Part shown: in pieces, positions 20,346 to 30,229 of the stretch
Numbering within the stretch: the first letter of the stretch is position 1
Layout of the letters: the number at the start of each line of letters is the position of its first letter
From: a virus
Taxonomy: Duplodnaviria; Caudoviricetes
DNA length: 44,335 nucleotides
Virus record (IMG/VR): IMGVR_UViG_3300033067_000620
Span: 1-44,335 of that record
Strand: one strand, 5' to 3'
Notes under the pieces: generated by a model
Database searches by the model: none
Seen by the model: the letters and a program-made list of their open reading frames with translations, nothing else
Told to the model about the DNA's origin: nothing
Program-made: the position numbers and the translations under genes

Positions 20346-20515
20346 GGATTTTCTAATATAACTATACGAGCTAATAAATTTTTATTTTGAGCCTCTAAAT
20401 TTTCAACTCTAATAAGTAAATCAGTTAAAAAACGTTGCAAAGGCCCAGAAGTATCTTCTATTGTTATTTTTAATACTTTAGCTAAATCTTTTGGAATTGT
20501 TACACTATCTACCAT
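20342..20515 (-). CDS. Small coiled-coil protein (57 aa, not in ORF track)
   Basis: MVDSVTIPKDLAK...LQRFLTDLLIRVENLEAQNKNLLARIVILENP; overlaps both neighbours. Confidence 0.65.
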   Translation of the reverse strand: MVDSVTIPKDLAKVLKITIEDTSGPLQRFLTDLLIRVENLEAQNKNLLARIVILENP

Positions 20516-22025
20516 TATCTCTACCTAATACTTTATATTCTATTTCTTTAATTAATCCTGTACCTTGTATTTTAAATTGTATAGAACTACCTCTTTGTTT
20601 TTCTTGTGGTATTTTTAAATCATGTATAGTATTACCATTAAGAATATAGGTATTTACTTTCCTATCATCTATGTAAACTTCAAAAGTAAATTCTCCATCA
20701 GCTCTTACATAAATATTATTATAAAGTTTTGTTTGAGAAGCATCACCTTCTGTTAAAGTAGGAGAAGTATAATAAAAGTCTATTGGATTTTCATCATCAA
20801 TTATAACTAGATTATTTTCAATAACACCGTATAAAATATTATCAAATACACCTAAACTAGAAATATCTTTATCTATATAGTTTAAATATTTGATAGCCAT
20901 AGTACCAAAACGAAAGTCAAGTATAATAACTGAACCATCTGTTAGAGTTAACATATATTGTTCACTATATATAATAGCATTTATACTTGTTAAAGTAATT
21001 TTACCTAATTTTTCTTTTGTTAGTACTGTTATTGAGCTACCTTGTAAAGCACATATACCATCTACTGATTCCCATAATAAAGTATTTTTTACTACTTTAA
21101 TACTGTTATGGTTAGTACAGCCGTGTTCAGGATTTCCAACTAATAGTCTAAATGTATCTGGGTTTGTTCCTACTAATAATTGTGAATTAGTTCTAGTAAA
21201 AATAAGTATTCCATCTGGTATAGCTACTAAACCAGTAATATCCTTAGGTATTTGTACTGTATTTGTAGGCGGAAAAGAATCTGGTTTACCTATTTCAGAA
21301 TAATATAGAGTATTACCTAAAGCTGCAAACAATATTCCATAAGCTTCTATGATATATCTTAAACCTGTAGGAGGCATTTGATTATTATAAGTATCTAATA
21401 TAGTACCTATAGCGTTTAAAGTAGGGATATTATCATTATAAGTTAAAGTATCAAAAGGTAATTCAGCTATAAGAGTAAAATCTGTTGCATCTGCTCCTAT
21501 ACGGTATAGTCTAATTAAATCTGCATAGGGATTAATAGTAGTAATAAAATCTGAAATGTCAATACTTTTTCCAGTAGCAAGAGTTAGTTCATCTGAAATA
21601 GGCGAAGGTGCGCTTTCTACCCCTTCTGAACTATCGTAATAAGTATACATATACTGAACAACTGTAGATGTAGTAGCTACAGAACCTGTATTATTAATTA
21701 CTGTAGTTAATTTAGCTGTAGGTGCAGCAATACCTAAATCTTTTACTACATTATTTACAACTTTTTTAGCTCTATCTTCTAATTGGGTAAAATATAATTT
21801 ACGCTTATATTCTACATATTCACGAGCAACTGTTGAGCTATAAAAATTAGAGTTAAACTTATAGAACCATCTCTCTATAGCAGTACTTAAAGAGCGATAA
21901 TTTTTTACTGATGCTAAAATACCTTTTGAATTATCGATATTAGTAAATTCAATAGCTTCATTAGACCCTAATAATGTAGGGTCTAATCTAGTAGCTAATC
22001 CTCCACTAAAGTCATTAATTTTCAT
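20505..22025 (-). CDS. Tail nozzle / stabilisation protein (P22 gp10 / tail tubular B-like)
   Basis: N-terminal DFSGGL; beta-propeller-like repeats (LYYSEIGKPDSFP, HGCT); position in tail module. Confidence 0.7.
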   Translation of the reverse strand: MKINDFSGGLATRLDPTLLGSNEAIEFTNIDNSKGILASVKNYRSLSTAIERWFYKFNSNFYSSTVAREYVEYKRKLYFTQLEDRAKKVVNNVVKDLGIAAPTAKLTTVINNTGSVATTSTVVQYMYTYYDSSEGVESAPSPISDELTLATGKSIDISDFITTINPYADLIRLYRIGADATDFTLIAELPFDTLTYNDNIPTLNAIGTILDTYNNQMPPTGLRYIIEAYGILFAALGNTLYYSEIGKPDSFPPTNTVQIPKDITGLVAIPDGILIFTRTNSQLLVGTNPDTFRLLVGNPEHGCTNHNSIKVVKNTLLWESVDGICALQGSSITVLTKEKLGKITLTSINAIIYSEQYMLTLTDGSVIILDFRFGTMAIKYLNYIDKDISSLGVFDNILYGVIENNLVIIDDENPIDFYYTSPTLTEGDASQTKLYNNIYVRADGEFTFEVYIDDRKVNTYILNGNTIHDLKIPQEKQRGSSIQFKIQGTGLIKEIEYKVLGRDNGR

Positions 22026-23125
22026 TATACTTTTACTTCTTCAATAGTAATAGTTGCACCCATACTATCAGACCCAAAAAGTGTATTATTAATATAATAA
22101 TAACCTGATGAATCACCTGCAGGTACGATACCTATTTTAGTAATTATACTTTGTGTAGCTGAATTAGGTATAATAAATTGATATTCAACTGTTAAAATAC
22201 CTTCTACTCTAGTAGTGGCGCATCTAACAAAATTTCCATTTACATATAATAATGCAGTTGCTAAAGGAATTGTAGAAGAGCCTTTTTGTGTAGGACAAAT
22301 AATTTTTATTATTAGTTTATTTCCACTACTAATTGGAGAATAATTAATGTTAAATAAAATATAACCATTATTATTAGTAGTAGATATTTGATGTTGGCCT
22401 GAGCCATTAATAGAAGAGGAAGTTATATTTTCATAGTATAATTTTTTTAGTATAAATCCAGCTGGTGTAGCCGCTACAGGTAAGTCAGTTAAATTACTTC
22501 CATTTATGGCAGGTAATTTACCTGTAGAGTCTAATGCTACTACATTTCCAGCTGAAGTACCAGTATTTAAATGAGCTGCTGTACCTAAGGTTAAACTAGC
22601 TATTAAAGCAGTATCAGCAGCTTGAAAAGCAGAATATATACTTGTATCCGCAGCTCTTAAATCAGTTTGAACTTGATTTATAACACCCGCTATAGTATTA
22701 TATAAAGCAGTATCAGCTGATTGAAAAGCAAGTGTTAATGTAGAAGAAGCGCTAGAAAATAAACTACTGTCTAATATTAAATTACCTATTGAGGGGTTAT
22801 ATTTAAACATTAGTTTATCAAAATAATAAACATGTTTTTCAGTCGAACTAATATCTTTAATCCAAATAACATCAGCTAAATTTAAATTGGAACTGCTGTG
22901 AGGAGTTGCAATATATACAGGTAAATTGTTATTGTCTACATAATGAGTAGTATCTAATGAGTCTATTTTTTCTTGCAGAGTTAAATCTGTATCATATGGG
23001 AAGTTAGCTGCATTTATTTTATTAACTGTAACAGGAATACCTCCACGCTGTTGAACAACTTCACCATGTCCTACTAGTAAATCCTCAATGCCAATTAAGT
23101 TACGTTCTACATTTACATCTGTCAT
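22025..23125 (-). CDS. Tail fibre-like structural protein
   Basis: Coiled repeats (FQ.ADTAL) and GTAA..NTGTSAGNVVALDSTGKLPAINGS.LT fibre motif. Confidence 0.65.
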   Translation of the reverse strand: MTDVNVERNLIGIEDLLVGHGEVVQQRGGIPVTVNKINAANFPYDTDLTLQEKIDSLDTTHYVDNNNLPVYIATPHSSSNLNLADVIWIKDISSTEKHVYYFDKLMFKYNPSIGNLILDSSLFSSASSTLTLAFQSADTALYNTIAGVINQVQTDLRAADTSIYSAFQAADTALIASLTLGTAAHLNTGTSAGNVVALDSTGKLPAINGSNLTDLPVAATPAGFILKKLYYENITSSSINGSGQHQISTTNNNGYILFNINYSPISSGNKLIIKIICPTQKGSSTIPLATALLYVNGNFVRCATTRVEGILTVEYQFIIPNSATQSIITKIGIVPAGDSSGYYYINNTLFGSDSMGATITIEEVKV

Positions 23126-23127
23126 AA

Positions 23128-23892
23128 TTATCCCATTGCGTTATATTTTACTATATAAGAAGCTTGAGAAAAATTCTTTGCTTTTTCAAAAGAATATTCT
23201 TCTAATTGAGCTTCATACATATCTAACTCTTCCTTAGATAAAGCACGACTTTGAGTATCTTGATTATCTCTAAAAGCCATACCTACTATATAATGTTGTA
23301 GCATTTCTTCTGCAACAGAACTTATTTTTATTTCTTGCGCTATATCTGTAAATTTAGTGTGTCTTTCTATATAAAATACTTTAATATATCCATCCGCAGT
23401 TACTGGGCTAATATCTCCAAATATACCAGACATAACTAGTGGTATTTCACTATAAGTTATTCCTGTTATAATACCGTAATTCCCAGAATAATTTATATTA
23501 CCATTATTTAAGGTTACACTTGTATTATTTAGTATAGGATATAGTTTAAAATGGCCTTCTTTTTGCTTATCTAAAATATAAGCTTTAATTTTAGAACCTG
23601 TTTGTTCTTGCCAGCTAGAATTTTTTAAATCTAGGTCATTATGTGATAAAACAGCTAGAGGTTCTTTTTCATACTCTATACGAAGTATTTTTACTGCTAT
23701 ATTTGATATATCATAATCCACTTTATTATTAACTAATTTTATATATTGTGTTTCAACAAATAAAATAGTTTTACGCGTTATTTGTGATATACAATCATTT
23801 ATAAGTGATATTAAACGTTCATCAGACCATCTATCTCTAGATACATCAGATAAAGTAAATCTAACTTTTTGTAGTAATTCTTGTACAATCAT
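23128..23892 (-). CDS. Head-tail adaptor protein
   Basis: VR..LSD...RWSDE.L...IND N-terminal adaptor signature. Confidence 0.7.
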   Translation of the reverse strand: MIVQELLQKVRFTLSDVSRDRWSDERLISLINDCISQITRKTILFVETQYIKLVNNKVDYDISNIAVKILRIEYEKEPLAVLSHNDLDLKNSSWQEQTGSKIKAYILDKQKEGHFKLYPILNNTSVTLNNGNINYSGNYGIITGITYSEIPLVMSGIFGDISPVTADGYIKVFYIERHTKFTDIAQEIKISSVAEEMLQHYIVGMAFRDNQDTQSRALSKEELDMYEAQLEEYSFEKAKNFSQASYIVKYNAMG

Positions 23893-23907
23893 TTTAACAC
23901 CTATAAA

Positions 23908-23934
23908 ATAGCCAGCCTTTTACAGGCTGGCTAT
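23908..23934 (-). terminator. Rho-independent terminator after capsid/decoration genes
   Basis: ATAGCCAGCCT-5nt-AGGCTGGCTAT stem followed by T-run on the minus strand. Confidence 0.8.
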
Positions 23935-23940
23935 ATATAA

Positions 23941-24417
23941 TTAAGAACCGTCACTGAAGCTCATAAAATGTCCATTACCTACAGTATATTCAATATACTG
24001 AACAATGAAGTAGAATTTACCAACAGTAGGTGCTGCACTAAACTTAGCAGTAACATTTTTACCTGTTCCTGTAAGTAAGCGAGGTGCTTTAGTAACAGTA
24101 CCTGCACTGAGTGTATTAGGTGTACCTTCAGTTAGTGTTAAAGTCGCAATAGGTAGCGCAACCTGTTTATAACCAGTAGTAGAAATAGCAATTGCAGAAC
24201 CAAGTTCAGTACCACCATCAAAACCAAAGTCAACAGTAAGACCACCTTGACCAGCAGTTTCAACAACAATACCTGCGTCTATAATCAAACCATTTTTGGG
24301 TAGATTATAAAGTTTCTGTAGCGCAGTACTAGAGACATCAGCAAAATTAATTTCTGCACTTGCTATCTCCATAATTTTATTTTCTGCATTTTTACGCAGA
24401 CGGGTTAAATCAGTCAT
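23941..24417 (-). CDS. Putative capsid decoration/cement protein
   Basis: Beta-rich 158 aa directly after the MCP; strong RBS GGAG; LP.NG.I pattern. Confidence 0.6.
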   Translation of the reverse strand: MTDLTRLRKNAENKIMEIASAEINFADVSSTALQKLYNLPKNGLIIDAGIVVETAGQGGLTVDFGFDGGTELGSAIAISTTGYKQVALPIATLTLTEGTPNTLSAGTVTKAPRLLTGTGKNVTAKFSAAPTVGKFYFIVQYIEYTVGNGHFMSFSDGS

Positions 24418-24446
24418 TTATTTTCTCCATATATGTATTAATAAGT

Positions 24447-24475
24447 TGGACGACTAGCTTTAGACTAGCCGCCCA
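24447..24475 (-). terminator. Hairpin (attenuator/stabiliser) downstream of major capsid gene
   Basis: Minus strand TGGGCGGCTAG-7nt-CTAGTCGTCCA with G-U pairs; weak U tract. Confidence 0.6.
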
Positions 24476-24480
24476 TTTGA

Positions 24481-25596
24481 TTAAACGTCCTGTGTTTTGA
24501 GGTCAACTGCAATAACACCAAAGTCCATACCTGCAACTTTAGCCTGATTGTAATCGTCCATTTCAGCAAGCAAAATAGTTTTCTGCACGTTCATCCAAGT
24601 TTCAAGACAACTTTCAGAGCTAATTTTAAAGTCGTCAGATTCCTGGAACTTGTAATCAGGCATTTTGCCAAATCCAAGCTGAGCAGCATTTGCTCCAAGA
24701 AGTAAACCACGAGAAGTTAAATCTACAGCAGTAGAATAACCAGTCTGACCTGTCCATTTACCGTTAGCATCTTTTTTACGTAAACCTGCTATTTCTACAG
24801 CAGTTGAATCAAGACCCCAAGTAGTACCTGTAGCATCAGTTTGACCAAAAAATAAATCAGCTTCAACTAAGATAAGCTGCCCAATTTTACCAAATACCCC
24901 TTTAATCAAACGGTTATCATTACCTCTTATATCTGCATTATACATAATAGTTTGATAATTAGAATTCTTCTTTAGCATAGTTGACATAGCAGAATCCATA
25001 ATAAACAACCATACTGGACGACCATCTGCTAGTACATATGGCTGAAGAGGACGACGAGTACCGCCAGTAGAAAAACCAGTACCTGCTTTAATAATTGCCT
25101 CAATAGTAAGCAATTCATTATAACCAAAAGTTGTACTTAGGTCAATAATATGTGTTGGAGCAGAATCTTTAACACCCTGTAGAGCATCAAATATTGCCTG
25201 GTCTTTAAAACGTACAAACAAATCACCGAGTTTAGAACGACTATCTTCATGCTGAGTTATTGAAAGGTCACCAATTTCAGCACCATCAAAAGCGTCACCA
25301 TTGTCAGCTACTAAACGGTAACGTTCAACAGTAAGTTTATTGCTAAACTTCTTTTTCTGTTCGCCTTTACCATAGGCTTTATCTTTGCCTTTAATAGCTT
25401 TACCTGCTAGGTTACCATCATAATCGAATACAATAGTAAGACCTTCAGATGCATTGTTATCATTTTCCTGATAGATAACAGAATTTTCGCTATTACCAGT
25501 ATAGGGGGACCAAAATGATTTAGAGGCAGCCTGTATTAGACCTTCTCGCATCCATTTTTTACGCTTCAAGTCGCTTGCATAAGGAACAGCAACCAT
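24481..25596 (-). CDS. Major capsid protein (N4 gp56 / DUF4043-like)
   Basis: 371 aa after the scaffold gene; KKW...SFWSPYTG, RG.DN.L..G..G, RGLLLGANA, DFGVIAVD patterns. Confidence 0.85.
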   Translation of the reverse strand: MVAVPYASDLKRKKWMREGLIQAASKSFWSPYTGNSENSVIYQENDNNASEGLTIVFDYDGNLAGKAIKGKDKAYGKGEQKKKFSNKLTVERYRLVADNGDAFDGAEIGDLSITQHEDSRSKLGDLFVRFKDQAIFDALQGVKDSAPTHIIDLSTTFGYNELLTIEAIIKAGTGFSTGGTRRPLQPYVLADGRPVWLFIMDSAMSTMLKKNSNYQTIMYNADIRGNDNRLIKGVFGKIGQLILVEADLFFGQTDATGTTWGLDSTAVEIAGLRKKDANGKWTGQTGYSTAVDLTSRGLLLGANAAQLGFGKMPDYKFQESDDFKISSESCLETWMNVQKTILLAEMDDYNQAKVAGMDFGVIAVDLKTQDV

Positions 25597-25611
25597 ATTA
25601 ATTCTCCTTTG

Positions 25612-26379
25612 TTAAAAAATTTCTTTGTTGTATGACTTAATAATATCTTCTTTTTGCGCCATCTTATCTGGTTTGGTACCACCGCCAATTTTTCCTAAAT
25701 TAGGTTGGTCAAGGGTATCATCCTGTTTAACGATTTTCCCAGTGGTGGAATATTCGTAAACTTCTTCTAAGAATTTTTCAAACGATATTACGCCAGTCTC
25801 CAATTTTTTTAAAAAGCGAGGAGGAATGTCGTTAGTTAAGACGTCATCATCAAGTTCGAATCCAGGATGCTCCTGGATGAACTCTACTAAAACTTCTTTT
25901 CTTCGTTCTTTTTCATCTTTATCCAGAACTTCTTTAGAGACTTTACCTATTTCAGCAGTAATCTCAGCTTCCCTAGCATTAACAGCTTCGGTTTCAAGCT
26001 TATTCATTTTCTTACGCCAAGCTTCAGGGTCACTAAATTTTAAGTCATCTAGTTCTTCTGCTTGCTCTTTAGTAAGAGTTAGATTAATCTCGCCTTGCAC
26101 TTTCTTTTTTAATACGTCATTCTCTACAGATAATGTCTTATTAGTTTGAGCAATTTTAGTATACTCCGATTGGGTGTCACGCCTACGTTGTTCAATTATA
26201 GCAGCAGTTTTAACCTCTGGTGTTATACCTTCTGGAAGAACATACTTACCATCTTTGCCTCTCGTAATCTGCTTAACAACATCAAATACAGTTTTTTCAA
26301 AATCATTACTACTTGTATTATTTTTATCTTCTGCATTCTCAAGTTTGTCTTGAGTAGCAGCTTCAGCTGGAATACCCAT
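25612..26379 (-). CDS. Capsid scaffolding protein
   Basis: Highly charged coiled coil, RDTQSEYTK and LKFSDPEAW, directly upstream of the MCP. Confidence 0.75.
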   Translation of the reverse strand: MGIPAEAATQDKLENAEDKNNTSSNDFEKTVFDVVKQITRGKDGKYVLPEGITPEVKTAAIIEQRRRDTQSEYTKIAQTNKTLSVENDVLKKKVQGEINLTLTKEQAEELDDLKFSDPEAWRKKMNKLETEAVNAREAEITAEIGKVSKEVLDKDEKERRKEVLVEFIQEHPGFELDDDVLTNDIPPRFLKKLETGVISFEKFLEEVYEYSTTGKIVKQDDTLDQPNLGKIGGGTKPDKMAQKEDIIKSYNKEIF

Positions 26380-26439
26380 GCGTTTCTCCTAAAATATTGC
26401 TCAATTAATAGCTTTATAAATTTTAATTTATAAAACTTA

Positions 26440-26492
26440 TTATATTATATCGTTTTTATATTTACATGTATATATAAAAGTGTTATTATAAA
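26440..26492. promoter_or_regulatory. Overlapping divergent sigma70-like promoters
   Basis: Plus strand TTTACA(26461)-17-TATTAT; minus strand TATACA-17-TATAAT (ATTATA at 26444-26449); central palindrome TACATGTA. Confidence 0.55.
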
Positions 26493-26528
26493 ATTAATAA
26501 ATTTAATAAATCAAGAACTTATATCACT

Positions 26529-26702
26529 ATGACTCAAAAAGAATCAGATAGAGTAGTTAGTTTCTCTATTAAACCAACAGATATAGACGCAATTGCTGAG
26601 CTTAACAAGCTAAAAGCACATTCAAAAAAAACTGGTATTAGTTTTAGCTTTTTTATGATAAGAGCACTTAATAAAATGAATAAGGAGCTAAAGCTAAAAT
26701 GA
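26529..26702 (+). CDS. Ribbon-helix-helix DNA-binding protein (57 aa, not in ORF track)
   Basis: RVVSFSI beta-strand then ELNKLKAHSKKTGISFSFFMIRAL helices; ATGA overlap with next gene. Confidence 0.65.
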   Translation: MTQKESDRVVSFSIKPTDIDAIAELNKLKAHSKKTGISFSFFMIRALNKMNKELKLK

Positions 26703-27124
26703 TAACTGACAAGATAAAGTCTAATGCTATCGCCTTAATGAAAATGGGTGATTCCCCTAGAAAAGTTAGTGAAGATTTAGAGTTACCTTTTATGTTATGC
26801 CAACAATGGGCTAATGATATGGGTATTACTGATTTAACTAAAATACAAGCTAATTCAATAGCGCTATCAAGAGTTTTAGAAGGCGAAATATTGGATAGTG
26901 ATAAAAATGTAGAAATACTTAAACAAAAAATAGAGGAAACAGCTATTCTTATTATTGATAAAGCTAAAGAATATGTTAAATGGCCTGATTTGCAACAAGC
27001 TAAAGCATTAGAGTTATTATCTAATACCTGTAGTAAACTTTATTTAACTATAATTAGTAAGAGTGGAGAAAAAGAAATACCGTCAAATGGAGTATCTTTA
27101 TTTGAGCAATTAGGTAGAGATTAA
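26699..27124 (+). CDS. terS: Putative terminase small subunit
   Basis: N-terminal HTH (AIALMKMGDSPRKVSEDL...QQW); directly upstream of terL. Confidence 0.65.
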   Translation: MITDKIKSNAIALMKMGDSPRKVSEDLELPFMLCQQWANDMGITDLTKIQANSIALSRVLEGEILDSDKNVEILKQKIEETAILIIDKAKEYVKWPDLQQAKALELLSNTCSKLYLTIISKSGEKEIPSNGVSLFEQLGRD

Positions 27125-28716
27125 TGCTTACAATTAGTAAAGAACAATTTAGACTAACCTATCAAGGTACTAATATTCTTAACTATGAGGAAATATTTTA
27201 TACTGACCCTAAGGACCAACAAGATTTAGAAGCTAACTATATAATAAGTAAGCTTTGGCGTATAAATAATTTGTACACTATTGTTAATAAATATGGTAAG
27301 TTAGTTAAGTTTAATATGAACTTATCTCAGCATAAAGTATATGCTGCTTCACTTAGACATCCACGACTTATAATATTAAAATCACGTCAGCAAGGTATAT
27401 CAACACTTTGGTTGGTATCATTTTTTGACGACGCATGTACTAAATCAAATCTTAGTATTGGTCTAATGGCACAAGGACAAGATGAAGCTGCAACACTTCT
27501 TACACGTGTTAAGCTATTATGGGATAAAGCTCCATCTGAGTATAAAAATTATTTGAGCCTTAGAATTAAAACAGATAATACCAAAGCACTTAGTTTATCT
27601 AATGGCTCTAATATATTTGTACGTACATCATTTAGGTCTACAACACTTCAACGATTACATATATCTGAAATGGGTAAAATAGCTAATAAATATCCTGAAA
27701 AAGCTAAGGAAACTAAAACAGGTACACTACAAGCTTTGGCGCCTGGTAACTTAGGGATTATTGAGTCTACTGCAGAAGGAGATAATCTTTTTAAAGGTAT
27801 GTGGGATAATGCAATAAAACATTATGGCCAACTTTCAGATAAAGATTTTTTTCCTGTATTCCTTAGCTGGTTAGATGACCCAGATTGTATAGAAAAGCAT
27901 AATCAAATTATATCGGATAAACAAGCTAAATATTTCGCTGAAATTGAGAAGTCTTTAAAAATACAACTAACTCAAGAACAGAAGAACTTCTGGGTGGTAC
28001 AGTATCGCGAATTGCACGACGATATTTATCAGGAATATCCAACCACACCTATTGAAGCATTCATGAGTAATAAAGATGGCGCTTATTACGCCAAATTATA
28101 TTTAGAATGGGTAAAAGGTTTCAAACGTGAGATTGAGAATTTATATGACCCTAATTTAGACGTAGAAGTAGCAGTTGATTTAGGCATGGATGATACAAAT
28201 GTTTTTATTATATATCAAGAGTATACAGATGGTGTTCGTATTATAGATGAAATATACGATAATGGCAAAGGTATAAAATATTATACTGATATTTTAAAAG
28301 AAAAGCATTATTATGAAAATGTAACTAGAATTATACTACCTCCAGATGCAGAAGTTAGAGAGCATACAACAACTAATGAAGATGGCAGCGGAAAAACTAG
28401 GTATCAAGCTTTTGAAACTGAATTACCCCATCTTACAATAGATGTATTGGAAAAACTACCTAGACAAGATGGAATTGAAGCAGTACGTCAGCTTATACGT
28501 ATTCTATATATAGACCCTGTCTGCCAATATATAATCTCCTGTCTTTTCAATTATACAAAAGAGTATGATGATAAGCGAGATAGATGGCGCAATATTCCTT
28601 TACATAACGAATTTTCCAATGGAGCAGATGCTATTCGTTATTTAGCGACTGGTAGACAAGCCTATGTAGAAGTAGCCAAAAAACGTATATTAAATAATTC
28701 AGGGCATGACGTATGA
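27124..28716 (+). CDS. terL: Terminase large subunit
   Basis: LKSRQQGIST Walker A, LHISE Walker B, ESTAEG, QEYP, VDLGMDD nuclease motif, SNGADAIRY. Confidence 0.93.
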   Translation: MLTISKEQFRLTYQGTNILNYEEIFYTDPKDQQDLEANYIISKLWRINNLYTIVNKYGKLVKFNMNLSQHKVYAASLRHPRLIILKSRQQGISTLWLVSFFDDACTKSNLSIGLMAQGQDEAATLLTRVKLLWDKAPSEYKNYLSLRIKTDNTKALSLSNGSNIFVRTSFRSTTLQRLHISEMGKIANKYPEKAKETKTGTLQALAPGNLGIIESTAEGDNLFKGMWDNAIKHYGQLSDKDFFPVFLSWLDDPDCIEKHNQIISDKQAKYFAEIEKSLKIQLTQEQKNFWVVQYRELHDDIYQEYPTTPIEAFMSNKDGAYYAKLYLEWVKGFKREIENLYDPNLDVEVAVDLGMDDTNVFIIYQEYTDGVRIIDEIYDNGKGIKYYTDILKEKHYYENVTRIILPPDAEVREHTTTNEDGSGKTRYQAFETELPHLTIDVLEKLPRQDGIEAVRQLIRILYIDPVCQYIISCLFNYTKEYDDKRDRWRNIPLHNEFSNGADAIRYLATGRQAYVEVAKKRILNNSGHDV

Positions 28717-29018
28717 GTTTATCAGAAAAAGAAGCTAAAGCTATAAAAAAATTAAAAATTATTAAGCTAAATTATAGCAAGAGTAAATCAGCACATCAAA
28801 TAACTAATTGTTTAGAGGATGCTTTAAAATATGTTCGAACTCACAAAGTAGATAGTGTCTTTGTTTGCTTCGCAACTAATAAGCGTAGGATTAGCAAACG
28901 TAATTCTTATTATGCTGTTAAACTAATTGAGGAAGATATAGAAAGTTTAACTAAGGAAGTGGAAAATGGTTATGAACTTTTACAGCAAGTATGGGATAAA
29001 GTATTAGATGATAAATAA
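28713..29018 (+). CDS. Hypothetical protein
   Basis: ORF translationally coupled to terL. Confidence 0.6.
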   Translation: MSLSEKEAKAIKKLKIIKLNYSKSKSAHQITNCLEDALKYVRTHKVDSVFVCFATNKRRISKRNSYYAVKLIEEDIESLTKEVENGYELLQQVWDKVLDDK

Positions 29019-29289
29019 TGATAAAGTAATCCCATTTAAAATAGAACCTGATTTAAGCGATGAACATGTTATGATAGCATTGCGTGATGCTATTAAATAT
29101 AGCAAAGAAAATAAGTGTAAGAGCATTTTTATTTTAATGGTTCCAGAAAATAGTACAGAAGATACAAATTCATTTCTAAGGTCAAGTACTCGTACCAATG
29201 AAAATGATGTGCTTCAACTTATTGGATATTGCTGGACTGGTTTAAAAATTTTCGAAAACTACGTGCGTGGACTCTTTGGTCATGATTAG
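29008..29289 (+). CDS. Hypothetical protein (possible paralogue of upstream gene)
   Basis: Shares L.DA.KY....K..S.F pattern with 28713..29018. Confidence 0.6.
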   Translation: MINNDKVIPFKIEPDLSDEHVMIALRDAIKYSKENKCKSIFILMVPENSTEDTNSFLRSSTRTNENDVLQLIGYCWTGLKIFENYVRGLFGHD

Positions 29290-29566
29290 TTACTATATTT
29301 TACATTGTTGTATAATATTAGTAAGTTCATTTACATTGCTACATAATATTTATTAAATTTAATACAATACTTTTAAGAGTATTGTATTATAACTGAATAT
29401 TGTATGCAAATTGCGAGCGCCTAGGGCGACATCCTACCCCTGCTGACAAACCAAGTATTAACACTCATTAGTATTCATTACTTACTACTAACTCACTAGT
29501 AAATAGCTAATGTATATCAGCAAATGCTTTACTATTTATTAACCAAATACCTTATTAGTTTTAGAC

Positions 29567-29582
29567 TGTTTCACGTGAAACA
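29567..29582. promoter_or_regulatory. parS: parS centromere site (ParB/Spo0J binding)
   Basis: Exact 16-bp palindrome TGTTTCACGTGAAACA, the canonical chromosomal parS consensus. Confidence 0.88.
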
Positions 29583-29993
29583 TTTTGATAACTAATGGAG
29601 CATTGTTTTACCATTAGCTAAATAAGGTGAAGTGTTTACTTATTAGTTATATATTATATATTTATATAATTATAAAAAGTAATAAATTAATAAATTATAA
29701 ATAACCAACTTAGCATAAGTACTAACAAATTACTAATGCTATATCAGCAAACGTATTATTACTTATTAGCATATAGCCCATACTTATACAGCAAATATAC
29801 TATATAATGATATATATGTCGCATTATATTTATGACAGAGTTTGAACTTTGTAATTTGAGACTTTTTGTAATCGTTGATTTATATTAATATATACTAAGT
29901 AAATAACAGTTCCAAATAACTAGTAATTGGTTAATTATAATATTATATATTAATTAACCATAAATTATACAATTTGCATTAACAATAAAACAC

Positions 29994-30022
29994 TTTACAA
30001 AATAGTAAAACTATAGTATAAT
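29994..30022 (+). promoter_or_regulatory. Sigma70-like early promoter
   Basis: TTTACA-17-TATAAT. Confidence 0.65.
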
Positions 30023-30141
30023 ATTTGCCAAAATCCCACTGTTGTAAATATATCACACCATAAAAATATTTATCAAATAGTATAATAAAGTACTATAGTG
30101 TTATAAATATCGCTAACTAACACTTATTAGCTATAATATCA

Positions 30142-30229
30142 ATTTAAACAGGTGTTATAACAACAATAATACTTTAATGATGAAATATAAGCCATACCTT
30201 CTTTCTTATGTTATAAAGTATGTTTAAAT
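30142..30229. other. Large-loop hairpin
   Basis: ATTTAAACA/TGTTTAAAT and TTATAACA/TGTTATAA nested inverted repeats. Confidence 0.6.
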
